Shown piece after piece: positions 33,500-37,965 of a DNA stretch of 37,965 nucleotides (position 1 is the first letter of the stretch; every line of letters begins with the position of its first letter). The notes beneath the pieces were generated by a model. It did no database searches and had not been told where the DNA came from. It saw only the letters and a program-made list of their open reading frames with translations. The stretch spans positions 10,987,081 through 11,025,045 of the forward strand of contig NC_057750.1 in the NCBI RefSeq assembly GCF_004010195.1, given 5' to 3'. A program made the position numbers and the translations under genes. Source of the stretch: Chiloscyllium plagiosum. Lineage: Eukaryota.

Positions 33500-33661
33500 G
33501 CGTCTTAATGTACAGAGGCTTGCCGCTGGAGCTGTTCATGGCACAGTGCTATGCCAATGCTCGAGATGTGGGTAAAGGGCGTCAGATGCCTGTTCACTAT
33601 GGCAGCAAGGATCTCCATTTTGTGACAATCTCATCTCCCTTGGCAACACAAATACCGCAGG
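33500..33661 (+). CDS. BCKDHA: BCKDHA coding exon 5 (162 bp)
   Basis: ctttcctag|GC...CAGG|gtaaga. Translates (G)[53 protein letters not shown]. Confidence 0.97.
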
Positions 33662-34459
33662 GTAAGAATTTACAAACTGAGCATAACCTTTGCACACACT
33701 CAGCCTTCGTTCATTATTTTCTTCCTCACCACCGAATCCCTTTCTAAAATTGAGTGCGTTTGGGAAATATTTCACCAACTAACACAGCAAGGTTTTCCAC
33801 CAAGCAGATTATGTTTTAGATTTCCCTTTTGGTTCTGCTCACACAATGTTTAATCAGCTGTTGTCTGGGGATTGCCTACAAGATGTCAGCAGAACAGTTG
33901 AGTTATCAATTGGAAGCTTAGAAACATGGCCTGTAGCAGTCAAGCATTCACAAGAGCCCTCCTGGGTATGGCACCTTTCCTCCACTGGAATTTCCCATCC
34001 TTTTCATCAGGTACCTTACCTGTCCTTTCCCCACTTCTCCATTTCAGGTATAGTAGCTTAATTTCCATCGCCACCGCCCTCACCCCTCACTCTTTCATTT
34101 CCAGGTACAGTGCTGTTCCCCTAGCTCCTCCACAGCTAGGATTTGCCCTCAGCCAGTTCATGCCCACACTCTTGTTGTGTTGGTGGATGTAGCACTCTGT
34201 CTTTAGGGATCAATTTTCTCTTTGTTCTGCATTTGGACATTCCTGCTCTGTGTCTCCCTTGCTGATTGATCTATCTACTCCTTGGACCAGGGCAGTGCTG
34301 TCTTGGCACGGCAAGGCTCAGGAGCAGGCACAGGCAGACAGGCCAAAAATTGATCGATCGAACGATCCTCCTGTACTTTTTTTTCTTCCACCTACATGCC
34401 AGGACATTCAATCCCTCCTATTTGAATTCTCTGACACCCTGTCTGCTTTCTGCTTCCAG

Positions 34460-34666
34460 CTGTTGGAACTGCATATGCCTACAAAGTGAGTCAAGAGGAC
34501 CGTGCAGTCATCTGCTACTTTGGAGAGGGTGCTGCAAGCGAAGGGGATGCTCACGCCGGTTTTAACTTTTCAGCCACTCTCGAATGTCCCATTATATTCT
34601 TCTGCAGGAACAATGGCTACGCAATATCAACACCAACTCATGAGCAGTACAGAGGAGACGGCATTG
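34460..34666 (+). CDS. BCKDHA: BCKDHA coding exon 6 (207 bp), thiamine-diphosphate-binding motif
   Basis: tgcttccag|CT...ATTG|gtaggt. Translates (A)[68 protein letters not shown], which holds the GEG...NN ThDP/Mg motif. Confidence 0.98.
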
Positions 34667-35057
34667 GTAGGTACTGGGACCGGGATAAAGAGAGATTTGC
34701 AGCAAACTTTTCATTAACTGGCACCTATGAGACCAGGAGTGTGCTGGTTAATTATGTGTACTTCTTGATCAATGTAAAAGCATACACTAGGTAATAAAAA
34801 CATAATGCATCATTGTAATATTTTATTTGTAGTTTAAAGCACTTTAACAATAATGCAATTTTTCCTTAAATAAAACTTACCAGCAGAGAGTCTTCTCATT
34901 CGTACCCTCAACTGACAACTAGGACATTGCAATAATACAATAAACTTCCCATATTTCCAGTATATAAATTTTGCCGGTTTATTCAGACTGCTGGTTCATA
35001 AGGTGCCTATCAAAACAAAGTTTGCTTACTTCATAAATATCAATCAAATCAAAAAAA

Positions 35058-35175
35058 TGAGGAGAAAGTGAGAACTGCAGATGCTGGAGATCGGCTTATG
35101 CCCGAAACGTCAATTCTCCTGCTCCTCGAATGCTCCCTGACCTGCTGTGCTTTTCCAGCACCCCACTCTCGAAAT
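35058..35175. mobile_element. Penelope terminal-repeat remnant (inverted piece plus half hammerhead)
   Basis: gaggagaaagtgagaactgcagatgctggaga joined to ggcttatgcccgaaacgtcaattctcctgctcctcg. Confidence 0.65.
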
Positions 35176-35189
35176 CAATAAATTACACT

Positions 35190-36620
35190 GGACGTTAGGA
35201 AGCCATTCGGCTAGTCATTCCAACAAAGTCATTTTGAAAAAGCGATCAGTTGGTCCCAATGCTCTTGCCTGTAGTTTTATAATTTTTTTTTGAATATTTA
35301 TTAAATTTACAGCCTCCATCGTTTTCAGGCAGGTATGTTTCACGTCAACATTGCTCACTGCACTTAAAAAAAAACTTGGTTATGCCTGGGTGGCAACCTT
35401 CAGGGTCTTTGTACATGGACACCGAGGTCGTTCTGCTCTTCTACACTGCCAAGAATCTTACCATTAGCCCAGTACTCTTTATTCCTATTGCTCCTTCCAA
35501 AGTGAATCGCCTTACACTTTTCCATATTAAACTCCATTTGCCACCTCCCAGCCCAGCTCTGCAGCTTGTCTATGACCCTCTATAACCTGCAACATCCTTT
35601 GGCGCTGTTCACAACTCCACCGATCTTAGTGTCATCCGCAAATTTACTAACCCGTCCTTCATTGTCCTCATCCAGGTCATTTATAAAAATGACAAACAGC
35701 AGCGGATCCAAAAGAGATCCTTGTGGTACACCACTAGTAACTGAATTCCAGGATAAATCTTCCTATCAACCACCGTATTCTTTTAGCTAGATCACCATCA
35801 ATCCCATGGCCTACCGTGGGGAACCTTATCAAACAGCTCACTGAAATCCAAATGCATCACATCAACCACTTTACCCTCATCAACCTGTTTGGTCGTCTTC
35901 TCAAAGAACTCAATAAGGTTTGTGAGGCATGACCTACCTTTCACAAACCGTGTTGACTATCCCTAATCGACTTATTCCTTTCTAGATGATTATAAATCCT
36001 ATCTCTTTTAACCTCTTCCAATACTTTACCCACTGAAGTAAGGCTCACTGGTCTGTAGTAGCCTGGGTTGTCTCTATTCCCCTTCTTGAACATGGGGACA
36101 ACATTTGCTATCCTCCAGTCTTCTGGCACTATTCCTGTAGACAATGATGATATAAAGATCAAAGCCATAGGCTCTGCAATCACATCCCTGGCTTCCCAGA
36201 GAATCCTAGGATAAATCCCATCCGGCCCAGGGGACTTAGCAATTCTAGAAAGTGTGAAAATAGATAACACATCCTCCATATGAACCTCAATCCCATCCAG
36301 TCTAGTAGCATGTATCTCCGTAATCTCCTCGACAACGTTGTGTTTGTCCAATGTGAATATCCAATGAAAAATATTCATAAAAATACTTATTCATCTTAAA
36401 TCTGTGTTTTCTGGTTGAAGGTTCTTGAGTCAGTGGAAACAGTTTCACCTTATTTTCTCTCATCAAAACCTTCAGATTTTGAATGCAGCTATCAAATCTA
36501 CTCTTAATCTTCTCTGCTCTTAAAAAGAACGAGCCAAGTTTTTCCAGCCTGTTCATGTAACTGAAGTCTACACTCATTCCAAGATCTTTATACCTTTAAA
36601 GTTTGGTGGCCAGAATATTG
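35190..36620 (-). mobile_element. CR1 fragments: RT segment (about 35380-36375) within an older CR1 3' fragment
   Basis: KSPGPDGIYPRILWE...VPEDWRIANVVPMFKKGNRDNPGYYRPVSLTSVGK; the host shows SYMNRLEKLGSF and STRKHRFK. Confidence 0.88.
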
Positions 36621-36872
36621 GGCGTGAAATACTGTCGCGAAAGTTCAGGCAGATTGTGAGTTCGTGTGTTGCCATACACCTACCTGGTTTTAAGCTTTAT
36701 CGAAGTCAATGAAGTATAATATTGAGCGGGAGAATAAAACAGGTCCCCAAGACCCCTCTCTCCAAATGAATTGAACCAACCTGACCCAGTCCAATTGGGT
36801 GGGTTAGGTCAAAATTGAGACTAAACCATTAGAATGGATCCCTGGATCTCGGGAATTGTCTGCATTGGTTAA

Positions 36873-37037
<165 letters not shown>

Positions 37038-37194
37038 TAAACGTACTGGCTGCTGGCTTGTTTATGATTCAAATTAATGATTCAAGTTGGCAAACAATAT
37101 AAACTCTGTTTAACAGTTTCCATAGGGAAGATTGATAGGGTAGACAGACCCTGACCTTCAATGCCAAGGTTAGAGTAAGGGGCGATGAACGCTG

Positions 37195-37460
37195 GCATTG
37201 AAGAGGGGGGCAGTGAATGCTCTGGGCCCCAGCACAAAGAATGTGAGAGCACAGAGGACCCATGGAAATAGAGGGCACTGAGGGCCTGGGCAGAGAAAGA
37301 AGGACAGAGGGCCCAGGCAAAGAGAGATGGCACGAGCACCTGGACAGAGTGAGAGAGGGAAGGAGGGCAAAGGGGGCACAGGCAGAGAGAGAGAGAGAGA
37401 GAGGGTACAGGGGACCCAGGCAACAAGAGAGACTGCAGGGGCCCTGAGCAGAGAGGAGGA
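37195..37460. repeat. Degenerate purine-rich minisatellite with a (GA)n run
   Basis: Recurring gagggc(c/a)c(a/t)ggc(a)gagagaga units of roughly 25-30 bp. Confidence 0.6.
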
Positions 37461-37654
37461 ATAGTCCTACACTTTTACATTTTATTTTACAACTAATATA
37501 ATTTACCAATATAGAAATTTAGCATCATAAGGTATTTCAACTTGCAGGGTTTGATGTTCCTTTGATGGGGAAAAGTCACACAGAATCTAATCATCACTTT
37601 TAATTATCCTTAATAAATAAAAATCTGATTTGCTTAAAAGCATTTCTGTTAACA

Positions 37655-37965
37655 TTACACCTTGCCTCCACGATTGCCAGGAAGACCATCGCCGGCAGAT
37701 TCGCGGCCTCTGTGGGGTCCACGGTTATCGGGAATAACACCGTTTCTGTCATCGCCACAGCCACTTCTGCCCCCTGGGTTGCTCTCGCCACAGTCACTTC
37801 CGCCCCCAGTGACATCACTAACCTGCACAACCACCACGCCGCATGCATCTCCGCCCCCACGCAGATCTCCGCCCTGACGCCCAACCCCGCCTCCATGCCG
37901 ATCTCCATCCCCGCCCCCAGGCCTAACCCCGCCCCCACACTCAGCTCCAGCCCCACACCCGGTCC
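37655..37965 (+). mobile_element. Probable start of a young Penelope-like element (Ala/Thr/Pro-rich N-terminal ORF region), cut by the window end
   Basis: Abrupt switch to CpG-rich sequence with an open + frame LASTIARKTIAGRFAASVG...SAPTQISALTPNPASMPISIPAPRPNPAPTLSSSPTPG. No RT motif is visible within the window. Confidence 0.45.

Noticed and set aside
37069..37509. Leu/Ser/Pro-rich ORFs on the minus strand
   Set aside because: Translation of a purine-rich minisatellite; no domain or splice support.

Overview
Vertebrate genomic DNA, inferred to be from a cartilaginous fish (shark) because of its CR1/HER1-like LINEs, HE1-like V-SINEs, Deu-domain SINEs and Penelope elements. The only host gene is BCKDHA (branched-chain alpha-keto acid dehydrogenase E1 alpha) on the + strand. 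Six internal coding exons (2-7) have canonical GT-AG sites and join in frame; exon 1 and exons 8-9 lie outside the window. The rest is intron filled with nested retroelements: a full-length but decayed antisense L1 with a target-site duplication (TSD) and a YY1-type 5' end, many CR1 fragments, an RTE fragment, a tRNA-headed single-ORF LINE, a solo LTR and SINEs. Several Penelope-like elements carry minimal hammerhead ribozyme motifs, one of them a palindromic insertion with a 13-bp TSD. The most unexplained items are a 410-bp insertion at 32018-32427 (no CpG depletion, 5-bp TSD, open reading frame), an intronic CpG-island-like segment at 21840-22295, and a bistable perfect hairpin at 18720-18772. 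There are two assembly gaps (1892-1942, 3968-4338). Repeat family names come from remembered motifs, not a database search, and boundaries without a TSD are approximate.
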